Assembly: GCA_963699235.1 (NCBI GenBank) | Contig: OY969424.1 | Coordinates: 1,850,964-1,914,963 of the forward strand | Origin: an uncultured Chloroflexia bacterium | GTDB taxonomy: Bacteria; Chloroflexota; Limnocylindria; QHBO01 | Length of the DNA: 64,000 nt | Direction of reading: 5' to 3' | In this document: one piece after another, positions 1-9,432 of the stretch | How positions within the stretch are numbered: position 1 is the stretch's first letter | Layout: each line of letters starts with the position of its first letter | Translations under genes and position numbers: made by a program | The notes under the pieces: model-generated | What the model was told of the DNA's origin: nothing | Seen by the model: only the letters and a program-made list of their open reading frames with translations | Databases searched by the model: none

Positions 1-2
1 GC

Positions 3-1760
3 CGCCCGTTCGCGAATGTCGCCCGGAACGCTTTGGGAAGCCGCGAGCATGACGCTGTCGCTTTGGGTCGCGCTCGCATGCTCCTCGGGGTAGAAGAGCT
101 CCTCGTGGAGCTTCTCGCCAGGACGGAGCCCGGTGAACTCGATCGGGACGACCTCCGGATCACGACCGGACAGCCGGATGAGATCGTGAGCGAGGTCGAG
201 GATCCGTACCTGCTCGCCCATGTCAAGCACGAAGAGATTGCCGGGCCGCCCGATCGAGGCCGCGTCGAGGATGAGCCACACCGCTTCGCGGACGGTCATG
301 AAGTAGCGGGTCATGTCCGGATGGGTGACCGTCAGGGGCTCGCCGCGCTCGAGCTGCTGCTGGAAGGTGGGGACCACGCTGCCCGATGAGCCCAGCACGT
401 TACCGAACCGCACGGAGACAAAGCGGCGCCCGCTTCGGCGGGCGCTGTCCGCGACGAGCGCCTCCGCTACCCGCTTGGTCGCTCCCATGACGCTGGAGGG
501 TCTGACGGCCTTGTCGGTGGACACCGACAGCAGGTTCAGAACACCGTTCGCCTCGGCCGCGTCCAGGACGGACATCGTGCCGCCGATGTTGACCTGAACA
601 GCATCCGAGGGGTGCTCCTCCATCATGGGCACGTGCTTGTACGCCGCCGCGTGGAAGATCACGTCAGGGCGGCTCTCGTGCACGATGCGCTGCATGGTGA
701 GCCGGGTCGCGACGTTGGCGATGTGCGCGGAGAGCTCGCTGCCACCACCGATCCGCTTCTGCATGACTTCGATTTCTCGCTGGATGCCGTAGAGCGGACC
801 TTCCGCCCGGTCGACAAGGACAAGCCGTCCCGGGCCAAGGGCGAAGACCTGCCGGGCGAGCTCGGAGCCGATGGACCCACCCGACCCAGTGATCATCACC
901 ACCTTCCCGGCAATGAGGTCCGCGACCCCGGCCAGGTGATCGCGGACGGGTTCGCGACGCAGAAGATCCTCTACCTTGACGCTTCGGATCTTGTAGGCAT
1001 CGACGCTCCCATCGAGGAGCTCGTGGAGCCGTGGAACGGTTCGCACCTGGAGGCCAAGGCTGGTCGCCTCATGGACGATGCCCCGCAACACGTCGCTTGG
1101 TGCGCCCGGCATCGCGATGAGCAGCCGTCGAGCCCCGGTCAGCTCGACGAGCGAGGCGAGCTGATCAAGGCCACCATGAACCCGGAGGCCAGCCACCGTC
1201 TGACCGTGGAGCCGGTCGTCGTCATCAAGGAATCCGACCGGTCGAACGCCCGCGCGAGGATCCGCCGCCGATCGCAGGACCATGGCCCCCGCCCGGCCGG
1301 CCCCGTACACGATCGTCGGCACGCCCGGGACTGCGCCACCCTTCAGTGCCGCTCGTGGCGGCCAGGGGTCCGCGGTTGCCCTGATGACATAGCGGATCCC
1401 ACCGAGCAGCGCCAGGCTGATGAGGCACTCCAGGGCCCAGAACGATCGAGAGAACAGGCCGACCTGGATCACGCCGAGCTGGACGATGAGCACATAGACG
1501 CCGACGGCAATGACGGAACCGGTCACCACCGCCTTCAGGATCTCGAGCAACTCGGGGACGCTCGCGTACCGCCAGGAGTGTCGATGCAATCCGAACAGCA
1601 GGTTGACCGGTGGGCGAACCGCCAGGAGGATGAGCGCCGCTGGGATCAGCCCGAATGCTGATTGATCATCGACGAGGAGCGCGAGCGCGATGATGGTCGC
1701 CGCCGCAGATGCGACGATATCGATAACGAACAGATGCCGACCTCGAAGGTGCGGCATTTT
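3..1760 (-). CDS. Membrane-anchored NDP-sugar 4,6-dehydratase/epimerase, CapD/PglF/WbpM family; the 3' end runs off the left edge
   Basis: Missing from the ORF track because no stop lies in the window. My reverse-strand translation from the ATG at 1760 gives MPHLRGRHLFVIDIVASAAATIIALALL (TM helices). It then gives the Rossmann motif VVMITGSGGSIGSELARQ (about 850-900), followed by DVIFHAAAYKHVPMMEEHP, STDKAVRPSSVMGATKR, FGNVLGSSGSVVPTF and GLRPGEKLHEELF. The + ORF at 612-1661 is its antisense shadow. Confidence 0.85.
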
Positions 1761-1801
1761 GATTTGGGAGGCCAAGGTAATCCCCCAACGGGGTTCGGGC
1801 G

Positions 1802-1823
1802 AAAAACCGGACGAGGGATCCGG
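1802..1823 (-). terminator. Weak intrinsic-terminator candidate between the aminotransferase and the CapD-like gene
   Basis: On the minus strand the sequence reads CCGGA-TCCCTCG-TCCGG followed by TTTTT. That is a 5-bp stem, a 7-nt loop and a U-run. It lies in the 190-nt gap between the stop at 1950 and the ATG at 1760. Confidence 0.3.
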
Positions 1824-1949
1824 GATCGGACTCTACCCCGAGCGTCCCACTGCGGCATAGATCGCCGAGGTCGAATCCGTTGCCTTGATGCAACGCTTGT
1901 CTCGTGGGGGCCGGCGCGGGCCCGCACGCGGGCACGAGGCGGGATGCGA

Positions 1950-3143
1950 CTAGCGGCGCGCCCCGTCCAGGATGGCCTCGAGCGCCTCGATCACCCGATC
2001 GACCGACGCGTCGCCCATCCCCGGCCAGAGGGGAAGGCTGATCACGCGGTGAAACTCCCGCGTCGCCGTCGGGAAGTCTCGCTCGCGGGCACCGAGCCGC
2101 TCGCGGTAGTACCGATGGAGATGGAGTGGGATGAAGTGCACGCTCGTGCCGATTCCTGCTGTGCCGAGCGCGTCGATAGCGGCCGCGCGGTCGATGGTCA
2201 ATCGCTCGAGTTGGAGTCGGATCACGAACAGGTGCCAGGCATGCCCAGGCCCGTCGGGAGGAAGCTCCACGAGATCGGTCACCCGCGAGGCAGTCACAGC
2301 AGATCGGTAGCGCTCCGCGAGACGTCGGCGCTCGACGAGCAGCTCCTCGCTTCGCTCCAACTGAATGAGACCCATCGCGGCAGCGATGTCGGTCATGTTG
2401 TACTTGTAGCCGGCTTCGGCAACCTCGTAGAACCAGGCGCCTTCGGCAGCGTAGCGATTCCACGCGTCGTGGCTGATCCCGTGGAGTGACATCATCCGTG
2501 CCCGCCGCGCAATCCGGTCGTCCGCGGTGACAAGCATGCCCCCCTCACCGGTCGTGAGCGTCTTGGTGGCATAGAACGAGTAGGCCCCTGCCGTCCCGAT
2601 CGTTCCCGCGTAGCGCCCATCCAGGCCGGGAATCGGGCTCGGAAAGGCATGCGCGGCATCCTCCACGACCGGGATTCCACGGTCGGCGAGCTCGCTGGCG
2701 AGACGGCCGATGTCCATGGGCAGTCCGGCGAAATGGACGGCCATCACCGCCCGGGTCCGCTCGGTCACGGCGTCAAGGATCGCGTCGACGCTGGCGTTGA
2801 GCGACTCTCCCACGATGTCGACGAGACGAGGGCGTGCGCCGAGGTACGCCGCCACCTCGGCGCTCGCCGTGAATGTCCAGGTCGGCACGATCACCTCGTC
2901 GTCCCGCCCCACCCCCAGGGCTTCGAGGGCGAGGTGGAGTGCCGCGGTCGCTGAGTTCAGGGCGATCGCATGCTTGGCGCCGGTGCGCTCGGCGAAGGCG
3001 ACTTCAAATGTCCTGCTGCGGGGTCCGGTCGTCAGCCATCCAGACCGGAGAACCTCGGCGACCGCGTCGATCTCCCGTTCCGTGATCGATGGCAGTGCGA
3101 ACGGAAGGAAGGGGACGGCCCGATCCGCCACGCTATCGGCCAC
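1950..3143 (-). CDS. DegT/DnrJ/EryC1/StrS-family PLP sugar aminotransferase (PglE/WecE-like)
   Basis: 397-aa ORF. The N-terminus PFALPSITEREIDAVAEVLRSGWLTTGPRSRTFEVAFAERTGAKHAIALNSATAALHLALEALGVG and the segment AYSFYATKTLTTGEGGML (PLP-lysine region) are typical of this family. Confidence 0.9.
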   Translation of the reverse strand: MADSVADRAVPFLPFALPSITEREIDAVAEVLRSGWLTTGPRSRTFEVAFAERTGAKHAIALNSATAALHLALEALGVGRDDEVIVPTWTFTASAEVAAYLGARPRLVDIVGESLNASVDAILDAVTERTRAVMAVHFAGLPMDIGRLASELADRGIPVVEDAAHAFPSPIPGLDGRYAGTIGTAGAYSFYATKTLTTGEGGMLVTADDRIARRARMMSLHGISHDAWNRYAAEGAWFYEVAEAGYKYNMTDIAAAMGLIQLERSEELLVERRRLAERYRSAVTASRVTDLVELPPDGPGHAWHLFVIRLQLERLTIDRAAAIDALGTAGIGTSVHFIPLHLHRYYRERLGARERDFPTATREFHRVISLPLWPGMGDASVDRVIEALEAILDGARR

Positions 3144-3768
3144 CGTGCGTGCCGCCGTCCCGTCTGGTCACGGCAACAACAGCGGCGAACGTGCGAAACA
3201 GAATGCGCGCATCCAGCCGCATGCTCCAGTGGCTCAGGTACCACGCATCGAGGCGCAGCTTGTGCGGCAGGATGGTGCCGCGGTATCGGTCGACCCACCC
3301 ATCTCCGACATGCAGCGATTCCTCGTCCGCGTAGGCGAGCTGGGCCAGACCGGTGATGCCGGGACGCGCGCGGAAGACGGTGGCGTGGAGCGGATCGGTC
3401 CAGTCGACGAAGACGGGATCCTCCGGGCGTGGACCAACCAGGGTCATCTCGCCACGCACAACGTTCCAGAGCTGCGGTAGCTCGTCGAGCTTGTATCGCC
3501 GCAGGACGCGCCCCACGGGCGTGATCCGTGGATCGTCACGCCGTGTCAACCCCGGTCCGGGAGCGCCCGCCCGCATCGTCCTGACCTTCAACAACTGGAA
3601 TGGCTGGCCTCCCTCGCCGACTCGAGTCCCACGGTAGAAGACCGGGCCGGAGTCACCGGCTATCCGATTGGCGACTGCAACTCCCGCGTAGATCGGCACC
3701 GTCAGCACGACCAGCGGGACGGAGATGGCCAGATCCACCAGGCGCTTCGTCCGCTTCGTTCCCGTCAT
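3133..3768 (-). CDS. Polyprenyl-phosphate sugar-phosphate transferase (bacterial sugar transferase, small PglC/WbaP-C-terminal type)
   Basis: Family strings: [83 protein letters not shown] prefer the internal ATG at 3768 ([13 protein letters not shown], 211 aa). The 346-aa track ORF (to 4173) adds an Arg/Pro-rich extension that does not look like protein. The stop overlaps the aminotransferase start by 11 nt. Confidence 0.8.
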   Translation of the reverse strand: MTGTKRTKRLVDLAISVPLVVLTVPIYAGVAVANRIAGDSGPVFYRGTRVGEGGQPFQLLKVRTMRAGAPGPGLTRRDDPRITPVGRVLRRYKLDELPQLWNVVRGEMTLVGPRPEDPVFVDWTDPLHATVFRARPGITGLAQLAYADEESLHVGDGWVDRYRGTILPHKLRLDAWYLSHWSMRLDARILFRTFAAVVAVTRRDGGTHGGR

Positions 3769-4081
3769 TTGGGGGGGTCCAGCACTATCTCTTCCACCTC
3801 GCAAGCATGCTACCGGCGGACGCCCAGGCCGATTTCTCGAGCGGTCTTCGATCGCCACTGGCCGATCGGCCACGACCACTGGCGCTGCGGTCCAGGTCTC
3901 CAGTCGAGTAGTGCCGGCGCGCACCACTCCGGGCCCGAAGGTCCCAACCCGATGGTCATCTGTCGCCTCCTGAGGCTGGTTGTCAGGCTCCGAATTCCAG
4001 ACTCGACCGCCCACCTCGCCGTGAAACCCACGGCTGACGGCACCCGTGAGATGCCGCTTGGGCCTCTGACGGAGCAGCGCC

Positions 4082-5506
4082 ATGTCATTTTGGACTGGAA
4101 CGCGATGGATCCGCGAAGATCGGACACCCAAGCGACCCAAGTGGCGCCCTGGAATCGGTGACTGGGTCAGCACCGGGGTGATGCTCTTCGCGCTCGCCCT
4201 GCTGGTCTTCCCGACCTACGCGGCCTTCGGCCGCACCTCGGTCTTCGTGGTCGAGCCGACGCAGGGTGCGGCTGGGGACCGCGTCATGGTCACCGGGGCG
4301 CGTTTCGCGCCCCGGCAGCGTTTGCAGCTGGCATTCGACGGTCGGGTCGGCGGGATGCCGGCGGTCACCGTCGCGCGGGACGGCACGTTCGAGGCCACCT
4401 TCATCGTCCCGAGAGCGGCACCGGGACCCCACACGGTCTCCATCCGAACGACGTGGCCGGGCTTCCGGTTCCACCTGGCCGGGCGGCACCTGGCGTCCGC
4501 CACCTTCCGGGTCATTGGCGATCGCGGCGCGCCGATCGCACCCGATGTCCGCCAACCCGCCGAAGGCACCGGAGCCGACGAGCCTGCCCCGACCCCATCG
4601 ACCGGTCCGCTCCGAGGGGACGAAAGCGTGCCGCCAAGCCCGAGCTCGGACCCAAGTGAGTCAGACACCCCGCCCTCGCCGGGGGACACGCCGCGCTCCG
4701 TCGGCCTGCCGTCTTCGACCCCGCGCTCGCCAGCGGCCACGCCTGCTCCGCCGCCGTCGACTCCGCCGCCTTCGGCCGCTCCGCCGCCGCCTCCGCCGGC
4801 CAGGGTACAGGAGTCACCTATTACCTGTCACCGGCGGGTTCGGATGGCGGCGCTGGAACGCTGCAATCGCCGTGGCGAACCATCGCGCGCGCAAGTCAGG
4901 CATTGCGCCGGGTGACTCACTCCTCGTGCGCGGGGGGACATACACCGGCCAGGGCGGATACAACTGGGCTGCGTCGGGCACGGCAGCCAATCCCGTCACC
5001 ATCCGCGCCTACCCCGGCGAGGCGCCGCTGTTCAGCGGCGCCGGCCAGAGTCACGGCATCATCGTCTCGGGATTCGGCCACGTCGTCATCGACGGCCTGC
5101 GCTTGGCGGCTTCGGCATGGGCACGACCGGCGACGGCGCCATCCTGCTGCTCAACGCCGCCGGCATCACTATCCAGAACTGCACCCTGACCAACAACGGC
5201 GCCGGGTTCCAGCAGGACCACCACATCTACGTCAACTCCGGCTCCCGAGACATCATTATCCGTAACAACGTCATGGACGGTACCCCTGGCGCGGGCGTCC
5301 ACCTGTACCACGACCCCGGCCCGACCAACGTCCTGATTGAGGGCAACACCATGCGGAACGGATACTGGGGCGTCGTCATCGGCTCCAACGCCAACGGGGT
5401 CACGATGAGGGGCAATACCTTCTCGGGCAACGTCATCAACATGGACAACCAGCGCGGCACGAACGTCACCGCCAGCGGCAACAGCCCGGACAACGTGATC
5501 CAGTAA
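4082..5506 (+). pseudogene. Disrupted gene: TM anchor, IPT/TIG-like Ig domain, Pro/Ser/Thr linker and right-handed beta-helix domain, broken by three 1-nt deletions
   Basis: The sensible protein is spread over three frames.
- 4082 to about 4803: MSFWTG...VEPTQGAAGDRVMVTGARF...PHTVSI...PPSAAPPPPPPA.
- 4804 to about 4908: GTGVTYYLSPAGSDGGAGTLQSPWRTIARASQAL.
- 4910 to about 5100: PGDSLLVRGGTYTGQGGYNWAAS...VVIDGLRL.
- About 5105-5506: GGFGMGTTGDGAILLLNAAGITIQNCTL...SPDNVIQ.
Compared with the intact paralog, a T is missing between 4803 and 4804, and CC at 4908-4909 replaces CCC. A third shift falls near 5095-5110. Confidence 0.6.
4800..4977 (+). repeat. Copy 1 of a near-identical tract shared by the two beta-helix paralogs
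   Basis: By eye, 178 nt here versus 180 nt at 6024-6203 differ only by two 1-nt indels and one A/G substitution. The flanking parts of the two genes are much more diverged. Confidence 0.85.
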
Positions 5507-5869
5507 TGGCCGGCACTGAGATCAGCGCGCTCGCAGCGGGCGTCTGCCGTCGTCGCAGCCAACGAGTTGGCCATTAACGAGGCAGGCGCGTCCAAAGTTC
5601 ACCGCCGCCCAGATTAAGGTCGCGATTGTCGCGGGCGACACGCTCGTCCTGCGCCACGAAATGGCCCGACACCGCCGGGTGCTAGAGTCGACATCTCAAC
5701 GCCCCGACGGCGATGGGTCTCGCCGCACGTATCAAGGCCAGGCGTATGTGTTGTCGGTCGAGACGGTCGTGCTTGGCTTTGACACGAACGGGGGCTCCCA
5801 GTGTCGGGCACGAGCCGGGCGCACCAAGAGAGGCGTGAAGCAGTGTGGCCTGTCTGGGCGCGCACGACG

Positions 5870-6754
5870 ATGAGGACCCTGGCTGCGGGCATCGCGCTAG
5901 CCTTCGCCATCTCCGCGTCCGGAGGCCATCCCGCTCCCGTGCCTGCACGTGCAGCCGACGCGGCGGATGCTCCCTCTGAGCCCGCATTGTTGCCGCCGAC
6001 CGCGCCGCCGCCGCCACCACCACCCAGTGGTACAGGAGTCACCTATTACCTGTCACCGGCGGGTTCGGATGGCGGCGCTGGAACGCTGCAATCGCCGTGG
6101 CGAACCATCGCGCGCGCAAGTCAGGCATTGCGCCCGGGTGACTCACTCCTCGTGCGCGGGGGGACGTACACCGGCCAGGGCGGATACAACTGGGCTGCGT
6201 CGGCGAGCGGGACGGCCAGCGCTCCGATCCGCCTCGCCGCCTACCCTGGCGAGGCGCCCGTCTTTGACGGGGGCTGGACCATAGGTGAGGCGTTGATCCT
6301 GAAGAACGTGGGCTGGATCGTGGTCGACGGCCTCACGTTCACCCACTTCAACAACGAGTGGGGGAACGGCACGCTGCTGCTCATGGGCGCGACGCATCAC
6401 ATCACGGTGCAGAACTCGCGCTTCATCGACAACGGCGCCGATGGCGAGCTGGACCACCATCTCTACCTGAATGCCGGACCGGTGCACGACATCGTCATCC
6501 GCAACAACCAGTTCATCGGCGCAGCGCACGGGGCTGGGATCCATGCCTATCACGACCCGGGTCCGCAGAACGTCGAGGTCTACGGCAACTATTTCCGCGG
6601 CAACTACTACGGATTCATTTTCGCCTCGCTATCGTCGGGCATCAGCATCCACCAGAACACCTTTGAGGCGACCGGCACCAACGTGGTGATCAAGGGCATG
6701 GTCTCCAACTTCTCGGTCTGGGGCAATTCACCCAACGATGTGTACAGCCCCTGA
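5870..6754 (+). CDS. Secreted right-handed parallel beta-helix repeat protein (pectate-lyase-fold)
   Basis: I prefer the ATG at 5870, giving the signal-like MRTLAAGIALAFAISASGG. This is followed by a poly-Pro linker, then GVTYYLSPAGSDGGAGTLQSPWRTIARASQALRPGDSLLVRGGTYTG. Repeated xNxxIxxN rungs follow (ITVQNSRFIDNG, IVIRNNQFIG, VEVYGNYFRGN, ISIHQNTF). The track ORF starts at 5801. Confidence 0.8.
   Translation: MRTLAAGIALAFAISASGGHPAPVPARAADAADAPSEPALLPPTAPPPPPPPSGTGVTYYLSPAGSDGGAGTLQSPWRTIARASQALRPGDSLLVRGGTYTGQGGYNWAASASGTASAPIRLAAYPGEAPVFDGGWTIGEALILKNVGWIVVDGLTFTHFNNEWGNGTLLLMGATHHITVQNSRFIDNGADGELDHHLYLNAGPVHDIVIRNNQFIGAAHGAGIHAYHDPGPQNVEVYGNYFRGNYYGFIFASLSSGISIHQNTFEATGTNVVIKGMVSNFSVWGNSPNDVYSP
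6024..6203 (+). repeat. Copy 2 of the near-identical tract shared by the two beta-helix paralogs
   Basis: See 4800-4977. This copy is in frame within the intact paralog. Confidence 0.85.
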
Positions 6755-7135
6755 TCGCCGCGGCGGCTGACGACTGCCCCGCTGGGACCAACGTATTCGG
6801 ATTGGCTGGAACTGAGTCCTCCGCCGTCCGTTGACACCTACGGTGCCCTCGAAGTCGGCTCGATCGCTCGGCCGCCTTCGAATGCGCGGCGTGGTGTCTG
6901 CCCTGTTGGTGCGCCTTGCGGCCTCCAGTTGAGTGTGTGCATCGCGCCTTGGCAGGATGGCGATGAGGAGAATGGCCACTCCAAGCCCGTGAGATAGCAG
7001 GGTGGTGAACAGCCCAGAGTTCGTGAGGGTCACGCTGAGTAGGCCCGCTACGCTGCCCGTTATCGACAGGTCGGCGCCGTCCGCGACCACGTCGAGCAGC
7101 CAGAAGACGCACCCCAGGATCGCCGCGAATGCCAA
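6728..7135 (-). CDS. Possible small membrane protein (TTG start); weak call
   Basis: The first ~60 codons are hydrophobic (AFAAILGCVFWLLDV...LGVAILLIAIL) with high third-position GC. The distal half is Arg-rich with lower GC3. I recognise no homology. Confidence 0.25.
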   Translation of the reverse strand: MAFAAILGCVFWLLDVVADGADLSITGSVAGLLSVTLTNSGLFTTLLSHGLGVAILLIAILPRRDAHTQLEAARRTNRADTTPRIRRRPSDRADFEGTVGVNGRRRTQFQPIRIRWSQRGSRQPPRRSGAVHIVG

Positions 7136-7264
7136 GGTTCCGACGAGTCAGAGTTGGCCAGTGACTCCGTGGCCGCAGAGTTGGACCATCGTCGGACGTG
7201 CCGGCAGCAGGGATAACGGTGTAGGCCGCGGATCCGAGGACCGCCAACGCACGATGCGACTTCA

Positions 7265-8551
7265 CTATGCCCCGCCTCCACTGGCCGACCGTCGGATGAG
7301 GTTCCACAAGATCCCGCTATACACCCCGTAGGCGATCAGATCCGTCGCGGCAAGGACGGCCATCGCCGCGATAAAGGGCAGGCCGAGAAGGTTCGCGACG
7401 GTAAGCCCACCGATCGTCAGGCTGAGCACAACGACATCGAAGATCAGTTTCACCTCTTGGCCCTGATACACGAACACTATGCGGCTCAACGGCGAGACGA
7501 TCATCTGGACAACCATACGGGGCGCGAGCACGGCCGCTACAAGACCTGCCGTTTGCCATTGTTCGCCGAACACCAAGGGAAAGAGGGCAGGAGCCAGGAA
7601 GAAAACGGCGACCCCAATGGGCAGGGCGATCGCACTCAAGGCGCCAGCCGTGCGCAGGAAGAGCCGACCTACGCTTCCAGGCGCATCTCGCGCGAGCGTG
7701 GCGACTCGCCCGTGGAAGACGTCAGCCACGCTTCGCACCACAAGAGTCAACGGTAAGGCAAAGACAGTCTGGACGAGGGAGTAGTAGCCTGCGGCCTCGA
7801 GGCCGTAGAACTGCCCAATGAGGGGCAACGGAAGTACGCCGGCCAGGGTGTCGATGAACGACGACGGCAGGGAGTAGGCCGGGAACTTCCAGTACCTCCT
7901 GAGCAGGGATCGAGCCCCGTGCCAGGCAGGGCGTCCTGCCACTCCCAGGATGTCTGGTAGCTCATGCATCGCCAAGCGGGTGGTGCCGGCGATCCGTCCA
8001 AAAAGATCCCCGAGGAATAGTCCGAGCGCGCCGACATGCAGGAAGCCCAAGCCAACCTGACCGGCCCCCCGAGCCGCGCTCTGGATGACGGCAATCTGCG
8101 ACAGGGGAACGTAGTCCTGCCTGCGCACGACCCAGTAACGCAACACGCTCATGAGACCGATGGCTGCCAGCGAAATTGGTAGGAGCAGCGTCCACGCGAC
8201 TGGAATGTCGGCGTATGGGCCAACCGGCAACACGATCAGCACGAAGAAAACGACGGTTGCCGCGAGGGTAGTGAGCGGCAGGATGAGCATCGCGAGGAGC
8301 GCGACCCTAGCTGCCTCCTCGCGGGAGGGCGATGACACGATCGCCATCTCAAGCCGCAGGCTGAGCGTGACGGCCGCGATGTTGACGAAGGCCACAACCA
8401 GGCCGAACTGGCCGAACTCTGACGGCCCGTAAAGCCTCGTGACGACAGGCGCGACAGCCACATTGAGCAACTGCGCCAGCGCCGCTCCCCCACCTAGGAC
8501 GGCGGTCCCGCGCACCATGCCATCGGCACGGAACCTGTTGAGTAACGACAA
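7265..8551 (-). CDS. Polysaccharide/oligosaccharide flippase, Wzx-like (MOP/PST superfamily), copy 1
   Basis: 428 aa and polytopic. The N-terminus GTAVLGGGAALAQLLNVAVAPVVTRLYGPSEFGQFGLVVAF is typical of PST-family flippases. It is a paralog of 23394-24674. The start is TTG at 8551, with an alternative ATG at 8518. Confidence 0.8.
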   Translation of the reverse strand: MSLLNRFRADGMVRGTAVLGGGAALAQLLNVAVAPVVTRLYGPSEFGQFGLVVAFVNIAAVTLSLRLEMAIVSSPSREEAARVALLAMLILPLTTLAATVVFFVLIVLPVGPYADIPVAWTLLLPISLAAIGLMSVLRYWVVRRQDYVPLSQIAVIQSAARGAGQVGLGFLHVGALGLFLGDLFGRIAGTTRLAMHELPDILGVAGRPAWHGARSLLRRYWKFPAYSLPSSFIDTLAGVLPLPLIGQFYGLEAAGYYSLVQTVFALPLTLVVRSVADVFHGRVATLARDAPGSVGRLFLRTAGALSAIALPIGVAVFFLAPALFPLVFGEQWQTAGLVAAVLAPRMVVQMIVSPLSRIVFVYQGQEVKLIFDVVVLSLTIGGLTVANLLGLPFIAAMAVLAATDLIAYGVYSGILWNLIRRSASGGGA

Positions 8552-8770
8552 CCTCTCACGCTGCCGGTCAGAGGGTTCTATGGCAGGCGTCCGCGTGTCG
8601 TCACTGCTCGATCGCTCGTCCAGATCTGCTATCGCGAGCGGAGCTGGATGGCGAGGTCGATCAGCGACCCTTCCCCGAAGGCAGAACGGCGCTCCGCCCC
8701 GTCCGTCGAACCGCGGCTTGGTAGAATTACATCCGGCAGTGGAATCGCGGGAAGGAAGCCGATCGTGTGA

Positions 8771-9432
8771 TCAACGGTCGCGGCGGCGACATGCTCCTTC
8801 GGCCTCGGCTGGGGCGGCAGGGCAGCCAACATCAACGGCACTCGGCCGACGTTATCCTGGGCCCTGTACCTGTCGTCATCCGGGAGTGGGCCAGTGAACA
8901 CCGTGGCCGATTATTGGACCATCGTCGGCGTGCCGGGCAGGACGCTCAGTGGGTTCCACTCGGAGCACGACCCCAACGCGCGGACATGTACCTGTCGTCA
9001 TCCGGGAGTGGGCCAGTGAACACCGTGGCCGATTATTGGACCATCGTCGGCGTGCCGGGCAGGACGCTCAGTGGGTTCCACTCGGAGCACGACGACGGCG
9101 GAACACCCCAACGCGCGGACGGGCTACTTCCGTCATTGGACTGTGAGCAATGTTCCGTTCGGACTCTACGTGGCCTCGGACGCCACGAATCTCCACTTCG
9201 CGGACTGGAAGATTGCGAACAGCGGCTCCGCCCATGACGGCGTGAGCGCAACTACTCGGTGGTGTTCGCCTGGGCGACCGGTTCCATCACGGACATCTGC
9301 CTCACGAACTCGGGCGGACTGTACGTGTACCCCAGCCAGCCATTCGTCGACCAGCGGTTGCTTATTGGTGAGGTGCTCGCGATGCGTTCTGCGATTGCGA
9401 TGCGCGCTGATGCAGGTTGTGTGCTCACCTGA
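8771..9432 (+). pseudogene. Decayed 3' remnant of a secreted-protein gene, interrupted by a 122-bp tandem duplication, a 13-nt insertion and a further frameshift
   Basis: Splicing frames by hand gives ...LYLSSSGSGPVNTVADYWTIVGVPGRTLSGFHSEHDPNARTGYFRHWTVSNVPFGLYVASDATNLHFADWKIANSGSAHDG, then a frame change, then YSVVFAWATGSITDICLTNSGGLYVYPSQPFVDQR... with a stop at 9430-9432. I found no start codon or N-terminus upstream; an in-frame stop lies at 8768. Confidence 0.5.
8865..9120 (+). repeat. Direct tandem duplication: unit 1 is 8865-8986 (122 bp) and unit 2 is 8987-9120 (the same plus a 13-nt insertion near 9091-9103)
   Basis: TGTACCTGTCGTCATCCGGGAGTGGGCCAGTGAACACCGTGGCCGATTATTGGACCATCGTCGGCGTGCCGGGCAGGACGCTCAGTGGGTTCCACTCGGAGCACGAC occurs twice, head to tail, and looks identical by eye. 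The 122-bp period is not a multiple of 3. Confidence 0.9.

Noticed and set aside
612-1661. 349-aa + strand ORF at the left edge
   Set aside because: It is Arg/Asp/His-rich and not protein-like. It lies exactly antisense to a CapD/PglF-family gene whose motifs I could read on the minus strand, so it is a high-GC shadow ORF.
3769-4173. N-terminal 135-codon extension of the sugar-phosphate transferase (346-aa track ORF)
   Set aside because: The extension is Arg/Pro/Gly-rich with no TM helices. Family homology starts right after the internal ATG at 3768, which gives the usual ~210-aa small PGT.
4560-4800. Pro/Ser/Thr-rich tract (and poly-Pro at 5990-6025) considered as a separate collagen-like or mucin-like gene
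   Set aside because: It is continuous with the upstream IPT-like domain and the downstream beta-helix. It behaves as an interdomain linker of the same protein.
8629-8901. 90-aa minus-strand ORF overlapping the start of the duplicated region
   Set aside because: It has moderate GC3 but no recognisable family and no SD. It also overlaps the better-supported + strand remnant. It may be another gene fragment, but I cannot support a call.
8865-9120. Direct repeats considered as a possible CRISPR array or minisatellite
   Set aside because: There are only two units, which are directly adjacent with no spacers and are 122 bp long. They lie inside a decayed coding sequence, so this is a simple tandem duplication.
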